From NCBI GenBank assembly GCA_001244265.2, contig CDLV01000004.1, forward strand, positions 1,488,001-1,552,000: DNA of 64,000 nucleotides, in the 5' to 3' direction. This stretch comes from Microbotryum violaceum. Taxonomy: Eukaryota. Made by a program: the position numbers and the translations under genes. A model generated the notes under the pieces. The model was not told the DNA's origin. It made no database searches and worked only from the letters and a program-made list of their open reading frames with translations. This document shows, one piece after another, positions 52,191-64,000 of the stretch (positions are counted from its first letter, which is position 1; the number at the start of each line of letters is the position of its first letter).

Positions 52191-55100
52191 GTGCTTTTCC
52201 TAGGGACAACGTGGCTTGGAGAAACTGCGATGGACGTTGCCATCGCCAGCGTACTAGCTTCATCGCGAGTAGAAGCGTCAACAGCACCTGACAAGGTATA
52301 CGGGGCATTCCCATCCGACCTCATGGCGATTTTGGTCGCGTCAAAAAAACATCACCCTGACTCTCCTCAACGTGATGTTCTCGACAAATACACCTTCACA
52401 TCACCACTTGTTCCCTATCGAACTCTCGCCGATCTTCGATCTTTCGTTCGAGCACGCCCTCAATCGATCTGGTTTCTCCTGCTCTGCTTTCGCAATCATT
52501 GGGCAATGGCACGTGTTGATGTTGAACAAAGGACATGGTCGGTTTTCAACTCGCTCTCGAATGTTCGGATCGACGAGATTACTCGTAACTCGGCACTCGC
52601 CTTATTTGACTACCTCGAGCTACGAATTCTCAACACTGAGCCGAAGCAAGACCACATGGTTCAACAGGCTGACAGCTTCTCGTGCGGACCAGCGGCTATC
52701 AATGTCGTCGAAACCGAACTTCTTTTGGTTCCACCTTTTTCTGCCGGTCGCGCTCATATCTCTCGCATTCGCCAGTTTCACCGACTAGCAACATTCGCAA
52801 TCAAATCTCAAGATCTCACCCATGACTTGCCCGCGCCCATTGCCGGCATAGACAAGAACGATTTGGACGTTGGTGTGTTCGAGGGGATGGCCGAGATGGA
52901 GGTTGACGAGGAGACATGGTCCGATATATGCTTCAGCTCAGATTCCGAGACGGACGACGATTGCACCACGGACGACGATTGCACCACAGACGACGAAACT
53001 CCGAAGCCGGGGGAATAATCACAGCACGACGAGCCAGACTAGCCAAGGAGCATCTTAAAGACATCGAATACTCGAAGGCTCTCCCCGCAGCATTTGCTGA
53101 ATTCAAGGCGAAGGTCAAGCAGCTCTGCCCAGGTTCGGACGTGAAGATTGCGAATCCCAGGACGGTACAGTGCGGTCGCTGTCGTACATATCAGAAGATG
53201 AAGACACGGCACGGCGTCACTCGCTTCATGAGGCATATTAATCAAAACCCGCCGTGCACGAACATGCGCAAGATCGACCACTACTTTGCTGTTCGACCGC
53301 CCGCGGGAACGGCTGTCCGGTCGCAAGGCAAAACCCTGGAAGATTCTCCCCCGTGTCCCGGCCTGACAGGCAAGCGGGTAGAGCGATACCTCTCAAAGAG
53401 CTCTGCTCGAGGCGGAGGTGCACCATCTCGGCTAAAGCTCATCAAGAGAAGGTTCCCAAGACTTGGCAAACGTGTGCTGACTCCCTCCGAACACCGTGAG
53501 ATCAATAATCTGGAAGCGAACGAGTGGATGTGGGTGAACGATCATTCAGCACCTCGAGTGAACAGTATCGACTTTACCAAGATCGGAGTGGAGTCTCAAT
53601 GTGGAACAAATCCGCAGCCTTGCGCCAAATGCAAGGCACTGCTTCGCACGAAAGCCTTTCCACAGGCGTTATATCGGCCTCGGGCTGTCGGACCCACAAT
53701 CAAGTTCACGAATAAACGATTGGCTTCCGTCGACGCTCGGATGTCAAAGGTTTTCAAGGAACACCAAGGTCTGGAGGAACTCTTGGGGACCAAGGATGGC
53801 AAGATCTATCTTCGTTACGCCCAAGGTTTAATTGTCGGCGAGCTTGCTGGAGCAAATATTCTGAAAGGTATGGCAAAAGTTGCCGTGATCAAGCATAGGC
53901 GAAACACACAAGGCAAGGACATGAAAGGCTATGTGCGAGACGAAGCTTTGCTCGGCTTTGAACACGCGCTGGCTCTGGCATCTCCCACGGCCTTGCGCGT
54001 GGTGCAAAAAACAATTGGAGGAATCTCGATGCGCACACTTCAGTAAGTTTCAGACCTGAGCTATCCGTCACTCCTTCAAGCTACTGACAATTACAAACCT
54101 CTCAGACAACACCGAGCCACATTTGAAAAGCCCAGGTTCGGCTTAGATGAGCCCCACATGCAGCGCGTTGTCCAAAAGATCCTTTCGGATGGAAAGACCT
54201 TCAACCTGCATGTCGACGACACGAAACTGCGACAAGTAATCAGGACAACACGAATTTATTCGAAGGACAAGGAGGCGGAAGATCGCCTGCGCGGCCAGAA
54301 AATATTTCGTCACGAGCTCATTGGCATGGTTGGCCCGCCAATCGTGTATGAAACCACGCGGGAGCTCGAGGGTATCTTTCGGGGACCGAACCCTCCGATC
54401 GCTGGCACCAAGGTCGGTGACTATGTCTGCGCGGCGCTTTAATTGGTTGCTCATTTGCTGGCGCTTCTGTGAATAGGTTCGAGTGTACATGCTTGCGCCA
54501 AACGATGTCTCTTGCCCAGCCCAATACCTTGCCGCATTCGTGATTGGCGACTCGACGAGCTCATCCGAGGCTGTGAATGAATTGGAATCAGTTATTCAAT
54601 TCCTTTTCAACGCTGGGCTAGGTCATCTTCTTGCCTCCATCTCGGCGGATGGGGCGGCAAGCGAAGGCGTCTTGCAGCGCGTCATGGCAGAGCGACTTGG
54701 CGGCGATGAGGGGTATACCGGAGAGGGGAACCGTCGGCGAGAGCTCGCACATGTCATTCCATCTCCAGGTCCCGACAAAGTCTTCCCAGCCATTCGACTG
54801 GCATCCGTCCAAGTGGGCAACACTCCAACGTGCTTCAATCGGGACGAAACGCACTTGAGCAAAAATCTCCGCAGCGCGTGCGATTCAGGCGCCAGGGCAA
54901 TATACGGCGGCACCGGATGCATCGGATATCGTGACCTGTTGACGCTGCTGGATGTCGAAGAGTCGGCAAGGACCTTGTATCTACGCGATGTGATTGGACG
55001 TGATCGTCAAGATGACAATGCGACGCATCGAGCGTTCTCCGAAGCTACTCTCTCGCTTGCTTGCCGACTTCACGAGGACGGCAAAGTCGATGCCGATGCC

Positions 55101-56002
55101 ATCGTCTTCCTCTTTCTCTGCGGCGAGCTTCATGACGCGATACAAAATAGGTCATTGCAGCCGATTGAACGTATCGAGATGTTATTAACGGTTCGTTATA
55201 CGTTTGCGGGCTGGTTGACCTTCGTGCGCAATCGTCCCGGGTACAACGCGCAGTCCTTTGTAGCCAAGGAGACCCTAGATGGTATGCGAAAGGTCGTCGA
55301 TACAAACATCGCCCTTATTCGGAACTACCGCGACTTTTGACCGGAAGAAGCGTTCATACCTTGGCGACATGGTACGGAGATGGTCGAGCCATGCCTTTGA
55401 AAATCGGCTCTCTTGTCTGCTTCGGATTGAAACGAGGCATCATACCTGTCAGTTGTGACGCCAGCAACATCGGAGAAGAACAATTGTCCATTGGACTTGG
55501 TTTGTGCATCTCACTGTAGCTAGCTTACTGCTTTGCAGAGTGACTGACATCGATTTTACCTCTCGTAGTACGTTACATGTATGCCAAGGCCACGTCAAAT
55601 CATTGTGACAGAGCGGAGACCGACTCCCTCGCATTACTCTCGAATGTCGTCCTCCAAGAATTACGAGTTGTGAGCAAGGGCCGTTATTCAACGCATATGA
55701 TTGACGGCACGACTCGCTTCTTCGGACTCGATGCTCGACAAATTATTCAATCCTTGGAATCATCCTCAACGCCCGCCCTCACTCTCGCACCCCAGGATTC
55801 AGTTGCATACCTCGGGGAGCGTGTCTTCGACTTAAGCCAGCAGGCTGAGGCCAGGTTCTGTTTTCTTCGACGCTACAACGGATTACGGGACGCTTCTGTG
55901 TCCTTGAGTAATCAAATGAAGGGCGTGAAAGATGTAGGGTCAAAAAGGAAGGCAGCAAGTGCAGATGAGGAGCCTTCGGCAAAGCAGAACCGAACCGGCT
56001 GA
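52191..56002 (+). pseudogene. Ulp1/C48-like protease domain followed by P-element/THAP9-like DDE transposase (introns, frameshift, stop)
   Basis: NHWAM..FNSL..QQADSFSCG (protease); HVDDTKL, ISADGA, RDETHLSKNLRS (D-x2-H), DRQDD.A..AFS and HGTEMVE (transposase). TGA at 55338-55340. Confidence 0.72.
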
Positions 56003-57703
56003 CACGCGCGCGGGCTCAGCCGATTCGGCCCGAGCGAAAAACGTCCGGACGGCGTTTTCGCGATTTTTGGAGATGTTTTAGAGCATTTGAAGCAATTCTA
56101 GAGCTATTTTTCGAGGCGCGTAGATGGACTGGACATTTTGGGGACCTTTTTGGCCGAAAATCCCAAAAAATAGTGGACAAATGAGGTCCAAAATCGGCGA
56201 TTTTCCCGGATTTTACCTACGCGCCTCAGGCTGGGCTTTCATGGGTCCTGTCCTAGGTCTCTCCGTGAGTTCCCCAGAGCCCTCAGCCTCTCTGCGAGTG
56301 CCTCGCGTCCGCGCCGCTTACCGTTCCGCACCGTCGACACGTTCTGGGACCAGCTCGCTGCTCCAGCACTGCCACCCTCTGCCAAGGGTCAGTTGGTCCT
56401 CCAACATTGGATCCTCATCCAAGCGATCCGTCGCTCACTCAGCAGTCTCCCTTCATCAGGACCTTACAGCAGCCTGCTGCTCTCCAGAAACCCTCGACGC
56501 ACGCACGCCTGCCACGCGCTCGAGGTAAGTGTTCAGCATACGCTCGGCTAGTTGCACGACGTACTCATAGCTCACTTGCCCTGCAGTAGTTCTCCGCGAC
56601 CTCTCTGTACGATCTCCACCCTTTCCTGGATCGCCCTAGTTGGGCGCACCAAACTAACGCATAGCATCCCATAGGCTACCTCCCGCGGAGTCTATCCGGA
56701 CGCTCGTTCAATTGTGTTGAACGCCTGCGCTACGCCTCGCAAAGGTATGCTACGCCGTGCCTCTGTCATAGCTGCCCTGTTACTTATCATCCCCGATCGC
56801 GACGCCTCGCAAAGCGATCTCTCGGTCCTTTAAGCTTCCCGCCCACCTTCCCTATTTACACTTTAATGTCTCTTTCTTACTTTGATACATTTCAATAGTG
56901 ACCGAGTTGTTAGTTACGACACGGTCCCTTTCGGTTTCTCAAGCCCCGCTGCAACATGACATCACCTCTCGCTAAAAATCACTGTGCAAGCGGCTTTGGA
57001 GAGTTGACGATGACTGACGAGTGCCAGACGTGCCGGGACGGCTGTCTCAAGCTGGCGCAATCGTTCGAAATGCCCGGGCTGTGCTCACTGCTTCGGCGGA
57101 TGATACTGAGAAACAGGTCTGCATGGTTTTGAATTGGAATTCCGGAACATCAAATGAAGATGAATGCATGTCGAAAGGCAGCTTGACATGTCGCAATATT
57201 TTTTCGCACCAAGGCCTTGCACACACTCTGCCCACTTGGCGGCCCTTCTGGTCGAAATTGCTAGGCGCGCCTCGGGAGCTTTATGAAACAGTCCGCCTTT
57301 TCCGAATTGGGCGTCTAGATATTCGCATTTTGCTGATCGGCGGAGAGTCAATAATTAATGTGGGATCCGTACAAGGATGAAAGTCTCAAGATTTTACCCA
57401 CATCCACCCTTAATACACCCTTAATACCTATCTTGGGCACCACACCCACGTAGTGACGGTAGGCCGATTTGCTTCCAAGTGATCATTCGTCACTAGGAAT
57501 AGACATGCCTGCCGGCTCGATGCGAAGCGGAAGGATGACGACCAGTCGCGTGTACCTCGATCGGTTCCATGAATCGACATCGGAAAATGGGTTTATGCCG
57601 CCAGCAAATGGTGCAACTACCAATTACGCGGGCGCGTTTACCCCCGAAGCTTGACGCATCTACCCAGGTAGTAAGGTGCAATGTAAGGTATGCGCCTCTG
57701 ATG

Positions 57704-57812
57704 TGCATAAATTACAATCTGTCATTCTTGACCACCAGACTAAAAGCAAGTCGTAACTAGAACTCGGCAGTTCTAGCTACTCAGAGGCTACTTATAGGGC
57801 TGTTCTGTAAGG
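57704..57812. repeat. Inverted copy of the 3262-3370 hairpin repeat
   Basis: AACTAGAACT-CGGC-AGTTCTAGCT core with matching flanks. Confidence 0.8.
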
Positions 57813-58620
57813 TTTCCCCTTACATGCAAAGTTCACTTACAAATGGTGCATTCTTCGTGCAAGTTTGGTGCGTTTGCTCCGGAAGAAAGGTGCGTTTACC
57901 AATTAAGGGTGGTGCATCTACCACATCAGGAACTTACCACTTGCCGGTGCGCGGCTAAATCTGTTCAGATGACTTTACCGTCTGAATCGTTCTGAATCGT
58001 TCTGAATCGTTCTGGATCGTGTCTAGATCCCCCACTTCGTCACGCTGAAGTAGCAACTTGTGCACTTCGCTGTCACGGTCTTATACACACTAGTCAGAGT
58101 CTTGTACCACACGGCAAGCAGTAGAGCTCACATCCTGATGTAGTCATTGCAAACACAGCCAAATTTTATCCAGCAAGTGCGTGCCATTGATTGCAGTATA
58201 CACATGATATACTGACATTTCAAATGCTATATAGAGGTTCCTTTGTTCGTCGGCCCACCCGCCGCATGTTGCTCCGCATCACAGCTCCCTCAGATCTTTG
58301 AGGATACTGACAAAACTCTCACCAATGCACCGATGCAGTACAGAAAAAGCACTGAAAGAGGTTTTCGGCTTTACATTGTACAGAAAAGCATCGAAAGAAA
58401 ACTGGCCCTCGCGGACCGACTTGAGCGCCATCCGTCACCTTTCGTCCATTGGGAGGCAGAAGACGAAATGGTGATATCAGGTGACAGCTATTGAGTGATT
58501 ATTTCTGGCTAAGAGAGTGTAACAACGTCCAACAGTTTTCGCTCCGCGAGGCCAAGAAGGGTTGGCCGCGCCTGCCTGCGTCGAGCCCGCCCATGTGCGC
58601 GCCTAGGGTGCCTCGTGCTA

Positions 58621-59009
58621 CACATGCGCACGCGAAACTCATGGAGCCCATATGGAAAAACGCCGTATGTCTGCCAAGACCAAAGTTACCTTGCACCGTG
58701 AACAGCTCCCTTCTGATTTCAATCAGCATCGATTGAATTCGTTATTATTTTTGCCAGCCCCTTCACAACTAACTACACGCAAAGTCACCTTGCGCCTTAA
58801 ATGGCTCCCTTCTGATTCCGCATCGTTTGAAATTGCTGGCTTTTTTGGCTGTGTAGTCCAGTTGTGAAGGGGCTGGCAAGAATAATAACGAATTCAATCG
58901 ATGCTGATTGAAATCAGAAGGGAGCTGTTCACGGTGCAAGGTAACTTTGGTCTTGGCAGACATACGGCGTTTTTCCATATGGGCTCCATGAGTTTCGCGC
59001 GCGCATGTG
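58621..59009. mobile_element. 389-bp foldback MITE with about 155-bp TIRs
   Basis: Near-perfect long inverted repeat. CACATGCGC termini and TA flanks match the element at 35972-40149. Confidence 0.92.
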
Positions 59010-60635
59010 TAGGTGCCCGCGTCGACGACTCAGGCCGACTCGTCGTCGACGCGTTCATTCCCGTGCGAAGGTTTTGTTTTTTTCGCGCTTTTCCCTCCTG
59101 GCCTTCACTGTGCTTTTCGCCACCTTCACGCCAGCGTCCCCTACTCGACGCTCTTCTCGATTCTTGTTATCGCCCATCCCCATTCCAACAGGTCACCGAG
59201 ATCATGCCACCACGCAGGGTGGTGAGGAGGATGCTCAAGTGGAGGTTGCAGTCGCCAATGAGGCGGCACAATTGAGCACCTAGTAAGTCGTTCCTATACT
59301 TGTGCCAATAGCCTGCTACTTTTGATAAATGCTCTCAAATAGGCCCGAACGTAAACGCGCTCGCCCCGCCTCGGCTAACTCAGGAGCTCATCCGTTTGTC
59401 GAAGAACCGGCGTATCGCAAGTCGGTTACAGTTACAGCGAGACAGTCTCATTACTTCTCACACTGGCTGGTGGCATCTTGGTCTTGTGACATGTTCTGCA
59501 GTTCCGACTTTACCGCCTCGATCGCTACTACTGCCGCCGCCGTCGAGCCTGATCGGGTGGAACCGCTTGCAGCGATTTCAGGAGTCATATTCACCAGCCG
59601 ACGGCTTCAACGAAACGACTTGTCCGACGAAGACATCAGAATCAATCCTCTCCTACTGTCAGACGAAGAGGATACTGACGAAGAGGCTGCTGTTCGTGAA
59701 GTCTTCAACAAAGGCGTCGACATTGATCATCTCCTACTGTCAGACGGAGACGCTGCTGTTCGCGATGACTTCGACGGCGACGGCGACAACGACGGCGACG
59801 ACGGTGCCCTCGAGTTTGGTGCCGAAGGTGAGTGCGCACATTCACAACGACAATTGATTACAGTCGTGTATCAAGGTAATGCTAAATGCTAGCCTCTGCT
59901 CAATACGTCAATCCAAATTGCGTAGAATTCAAAGAGGACAACACTCGACAGGTTAGATGACCGTACCCCTGAGCTGCTTTGGGCTCACCTGACTGACACA
60001 GTTGTTAACAGATGCAGGTCCCCGCCGCGTCCACGGTTGAAAGCACGTCCAAGCTTGCAAGCACATCCACCGTTGCCACCAACCCGGCCCCTTCTTTGGG
60101 CGGCGGTAACCGCTTCGCTTCTGGCGGCAAACCTTTCCTCGCTCCGCCCTTGGGTCGTGCGCCACGCAGCCGCCGAACCCGCGCGTTGGACGACATGACG
60201 CCCCGATGAGGACAGGGTGGCTGGTATATGGTACAAACACCTGTTTACCCAAAACATCCGCCGCCGATCTGGACTGTGGATCATATCCACTGAAGTCCGT
60301 CAACAACTAGAACAAATCGCTACAAAGCTTCCGATCGCGTCGTTCACCGTCAACGATGTCATCGTGGCCAGGGTAAGTCACAGGTTTGCCCAGAGACTCA
60401 GAATTACCTGACTGATAGCGTCTGGATTGCATAGGTCTGCAAGCGCAATCAGAACGTCTTGACAGCCATGTGGAAGGTGGTGTCCGAGTCAACATTCCTG
60501 CTCGATCACGGAATCGACCAGAAAGCGAAGGGGCCTCTGGTTCAGACTACCGCACAATGGCTGCTTGGGCCTGCTGACACGGACAGTACCGGTTTCCTTG
60601 AATTGCGCTGTGGGAAGCCATTGGTAAGAGAAGAC

Positions 60636-61144
60636 AATTGGAAAACAAAGGAAAGTTTGGCTGAACTGAGAATTGAACTCAGGTCCACTCTATTAATCAG
60701 AGTTGCTCTGACCGCTGAGCTACTCAACCAGTAGGAATAGATGAATATGACGGTGCACCCAAGTCACACCGGCGGTGGTTCTACCACACATTGGGAGCCA
60801 TGGCGGGCGGACTGGTGCACGGTCACATTGACTTCTACTGTCCCCTTCAATTGATTAAACAACTGAAGCCAACCAACTTAATCAATTGTTCAACTCGTGA
60901 CCGATCTTAGTTTGCCTTGCGGCAGTGACAGACGCTACCAAATTGGAAAACAAAGGAAAGTTTGGCTGAACTGAGAATTGAACTCAGGTCCACTCTATTA
61001 ATCAGAGTTGCTCTGACCGCTGAGCTACTCAACCAGTAGGAATAGATGAATATGACGGTGCACCCAAGTCACACCGGCGGTGGTTCTACCACACATTGGG
61101 AGCCATGGCGGGCGGACTGGTGCACGGTCACATTGACTTCTACT
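60636..61144 (-). mobile_element. TRIM (miniature non-coding LTR retrotransposon) with AGT...ATT LTRs
   Basis: 204-bp LTRs at 60636-60839 and 60941-61144, no differences seen; 101-bp interior with PBS TGGTAGCGTC and PPT GAAGGGG; TSD AAGAC at 60631-60635 and 61145-61149. Confidence 0.93.
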
Positions 61145-62455
61145 AAGACAATGTACACTGCAGCTCAATTCGGGTTTTGAGCTGATCGCAGCGCTTGACT
61201 TGACACAGCCGCTGTCGCGAGGTCAACAACCCGAACAGAGGCAAGACCTCTCCAACCCGGTCATTTATGACATTGTCGCGCAAGTCATTTATCGACTGCG
61301 CACTACAGCGCTTGCAACTTTTGAATGGCCTGTGTGCTACGAAAACACGAGCGAGCACCACGCATTGGCATTCTGGCTGATTGCTCATACCTTTGCTGCT
61401 GTGCGTACCTTCTGACTATGCCTGCTGCATTATCCATTCACTCAAGCAAGGGGGGTTCTCTGACATTCCATGCAACTTTGTGCTGACTTTAGATGCGGTG
61501 TGTGCTGGGCAAGTTGCTTCACAAGGCGAACAAGTTCTCTGCCGAGGTCTACGGAAGAGTCTTCTTCAAGATCATGGATCGCTTCTATGATGGTTCTTAT
61601 ACCTCAATAACAGATATGTCATCGCAACGTGTGTGGACTAGCCTCGCGGCTTGGGTTGGGCCCAAGAAGCTTCGTCAATTGTAGGCGATCGGGACCGGTG
61701 CTGCTGGGGCGGCCGAGGCCGCCGCTGAAGCGGCTTTGTTCGGGTTTGATGCCTAACTTGTGCTCTTAGAAGAACGTAGAGTCTAGAAAATTTGTCTGCA
61801 AATGCAATGAGATCATACCATTGCACATAACCCTACCTGAATATGTCATAATTGGTCTAATTGGTCTGAAATGGCACTGGAAATGCTCTGAAATGCTCTG
61901 GAAATGCTCTGGATGCTCTGGAAGCGCACTGAATGTCTGGATTTCCAGACAAAATCTAGAGCAATCTAGCAGCGCAGGGCTGAATGCGCTTTACGCGCTT
62001 TATGCCTGAATTGTTCTAGATCGGCTCTGAATTGCTCTAGATTGTTCTGAAGCGCGCGTGGTAAAGTTCCTGATGCACGTAGCGGGGCAATCCGCTGTAT
62101 CTCGTGTAGTATGCCATGTATCACACTGAATCTTGACGAACCCTCCTACATGATCATCAAGTAGGTCCACCTTCAGTAAGAAGCACTCTCACCAGGACCT
62201 CATGTAGTTGGAAATCGTGCCTGCACCCCAGCCGCGGCCACTGCCATCGTCCGGACCCCGGACCGAGTAATCCCCCTCCCCCCACACCCTAGGCTGCAAT
62301 ACAATGACTAAGACGATCAATCATCTCAAAGCTGCTGGATGTGTCCCTATGGGGTGGGACACCTTGTATAGCATTCCTCGCCGTACTTCCTGCCTCAGCA
62401 ACTCGGACAAGGAAGATCATTGACTGCCTTTCCAAACTTTTTTTTTTTTTTGCTA

Positions 62456-64000
62456 CTAGGTCCCGCGGCGCGCTCCGCGCGCCACCTCACATTTTAAATC
62501 AGCAGTTCTGTTACATTATTGCATATGGCTACGCTTCTACGCTGCTTTCGTCTATGTTTCGGGAGTTCTTGCAGGACTGGACAGAAGTTCCGAGCTTTGT
62601 TCATCGGCAGCCCCACCTTGCCGTCGTTGCAACATGCCCTGAATACTGGAGTGTCCCGTCCTCCCGAGCGTTCAAAGTCCCAGTGGAAGGCGCTACACTT
62701 CCGACACAGAAGATCCATTGCACCTAAGTCGTGTCGAGGGTAGGCTCCCGGCAGTGGACGCAGTGCAATCGGTGACTGTGCGGCGGGTGGATGTCGCCGT
62801 GCGCGAACTGAACGCGCTTCCAGAGGTTCCGGACTGTGAGGTCGTCGCTGCGGGATAGAGTTAACATCGGGCGTTGGCTGGGGTGGAGACGTTTTTCCAA
62901 CGGAATCATCTTGCCCTGATCTCCTGGAGGTGGACTGAGTCGTCGATGTTGACTTGGCAAAGGCATGGTCGGGCGGAAAACTGTGCGGGACCGGAACGGA
63001 ACGCTCTCGCTCAAGCCTTTCCCGTTGACGACGTCTTTGCTGACCTTGAGACCTTCGAGAGATCGCAGCGTTCACAGGCGGTGGATCCATTGGATGAATT
63101 TGATTTTCCGGCAGTGGAAGCAGTGCAATCGGTGACTGTGCGGCGACATCCACCGGGACAGAGTGGACATCGGGCGTTGGCTGGGGTGGAGGCGATTGAT
63201 CGATAGAATCATTTTGCTGCCTTTCCCTGCGTCTCCGCAATTGTTGTGCTCTAGATCTTCTGGCAGCAGAATGATACGTCGATGTTGATGCGGTAGAGGC
63301 AGGGTTCGGCGAAGAGCTGTGTGGGACCGGACCGGAACGCTCTCGCTCGAGCCTTTCCCGTTGACGATGTCGTTGCTGGCCTTCAGACCTCCGAGACGTC
63401 GTGCAACTATCAGTATTCTTGCTGTTGTCCATCTATATGGCTGTAAAGACTCACATTTAGTGTCCCATGAACCCGGAATCTCAACTGTACGAATTCAATT
63501 CTTCCGCTGTGTCACTGATGTCCATTGTCTGTTTTTCATATCAATTACCGTCATGCCTAACCATGTAACCATGTAACCATGTCAAGTCATAACTCACGCA
63601 TGCGAGGGTTGACATTCAAAGAAGACGTGTTGAAGGGAATTGCTGCTTGGTAGTTTCCCATTAGCTCCTGAACAATCCCACACCAAGAGCACAGTTCAAG
63701 AAGTTACTTACTCGAATTCGTAGCTATGTTGCATGCGGCAGGCATTTCTTGATCCCGTATTCGTTGCAGAGCTTCCACGACGACCGCTTCGGATGTCGGG
63801 AGCTCGAGGTGGCGATGGGATGAGGTGCGGTGGGTAAGGCGTGGAGAGCAGGAGGGAGAAAGATGGAGAAGCCACACTCGACTTGGACAGCTTGCTCGCT
63901 CGACGACGTACACACCAATGCCGACACCTCGAGAAGATCAAGTTTAAAGGTGGCGCGCAGAACGTAGCGTCAGATCAACCCTTTGCCCAAACCGAACCGA
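62456..64000 (-). mobile_element. Internally deleted Helitron (3' end plus N-terminal fragment of RepHel); 5' end not located
   Basis: 3' hairpin GGCGCG-CGGAG-CGCGCC then CTAG|T. ORF 62494-63432 has HDLGAM..C..C.A.HW..E..F..CC.DGKV.LP, the Helitron N-terminal Zn motif, and an internal duplication. Confidence 0.85.

Larger units (their letters stand above)
35884..56249 (+). mobile_element. TIR DNA transposon (P/THAP9-like transposase plus Ulp1-like protease); 20.4 kb with nested insertions, about 5 kb without
   Basis: Termini AGGACCCCCGAGAGCCCAGCCGGAGGCGCGTA and TACGCGCCTCAGGCTGGGCTTTCATGGGTCCT; 8-bp TSD GTCCTAGG at 35876-35883 and 56250-56257. Confidence 0.9.
57924..62075 (+). mobile_element. 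CACTA/CMC-like non-autonomous DNA transposon (CATCAG TIR family)
   Basis: TIR CATCAGGAACTT(T)ACCAC; 2-bp TSD CA; subterminal CTGAATCGTT and GAAATGCTCT tandem repeats; intron-containing gene remnants at about 59200-61700. Confidence 0.8.

Noticed and set aside
56258..57700. Possible small gene or Cys-containing peptide fragments
   Set aside because: No convincing exon structure or recognisable family could be built by eye.
60631..61152. Alternative reading of the TRIM with an 8-bp TSD AAGACAAT and LTRs ending in CA
   Set aside because: The AAT is also present at the 5' LTR/PBS junction, and the related Copia fits only a 5-bp TSD with ATT ends. The extra 3-bp match is treated as chance but should be checked on more copies.

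Overview
This is eukaryotic, GC-rich, intron-containing fungal DNA of basidiomycete type. Its transposon content and TCG>TTG decay fit a Microbotryum-like genome, which is an inference. Most of the window is transposon-derived and deeply nested. Host genes: VPS60, an ARP10/Arp11-like actin-related gene, CGI121, a low-complexity hypothetical gene, a SYM1/Mpv17 homologue with a premature stop, an AP-2 sigma gene whose start codon reads ATA, and MTAP/MEU1. Main observations: (1) a Copia element and a 509-bp TRIM share non-canonical AGT...ATT LTR termini, a tRNA-iMet-type PBS and a GNRA hairpin; (2) a 20.4-kb TIR transposon with an 8-bp TSD encodes an Ulp1-like protease and a P-element/THAP9-like transposase, has a 1.46-kb derivative in the window, and hosts a nest of EnSpm-like>MITE and LINE>Gypsy>NUMT plus solo LTR; (3) a complete mitochondrial atp8 gene sits inside a Gypsy integrase; (4) a TSD-matched Gypsy LTR pair encloses two intron-containing host genes and a KDZ transposase fragment fused in frame to gag. 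Boundaries and TSDs were read by eye. Family assignments rest on motif recognition, not database searches.
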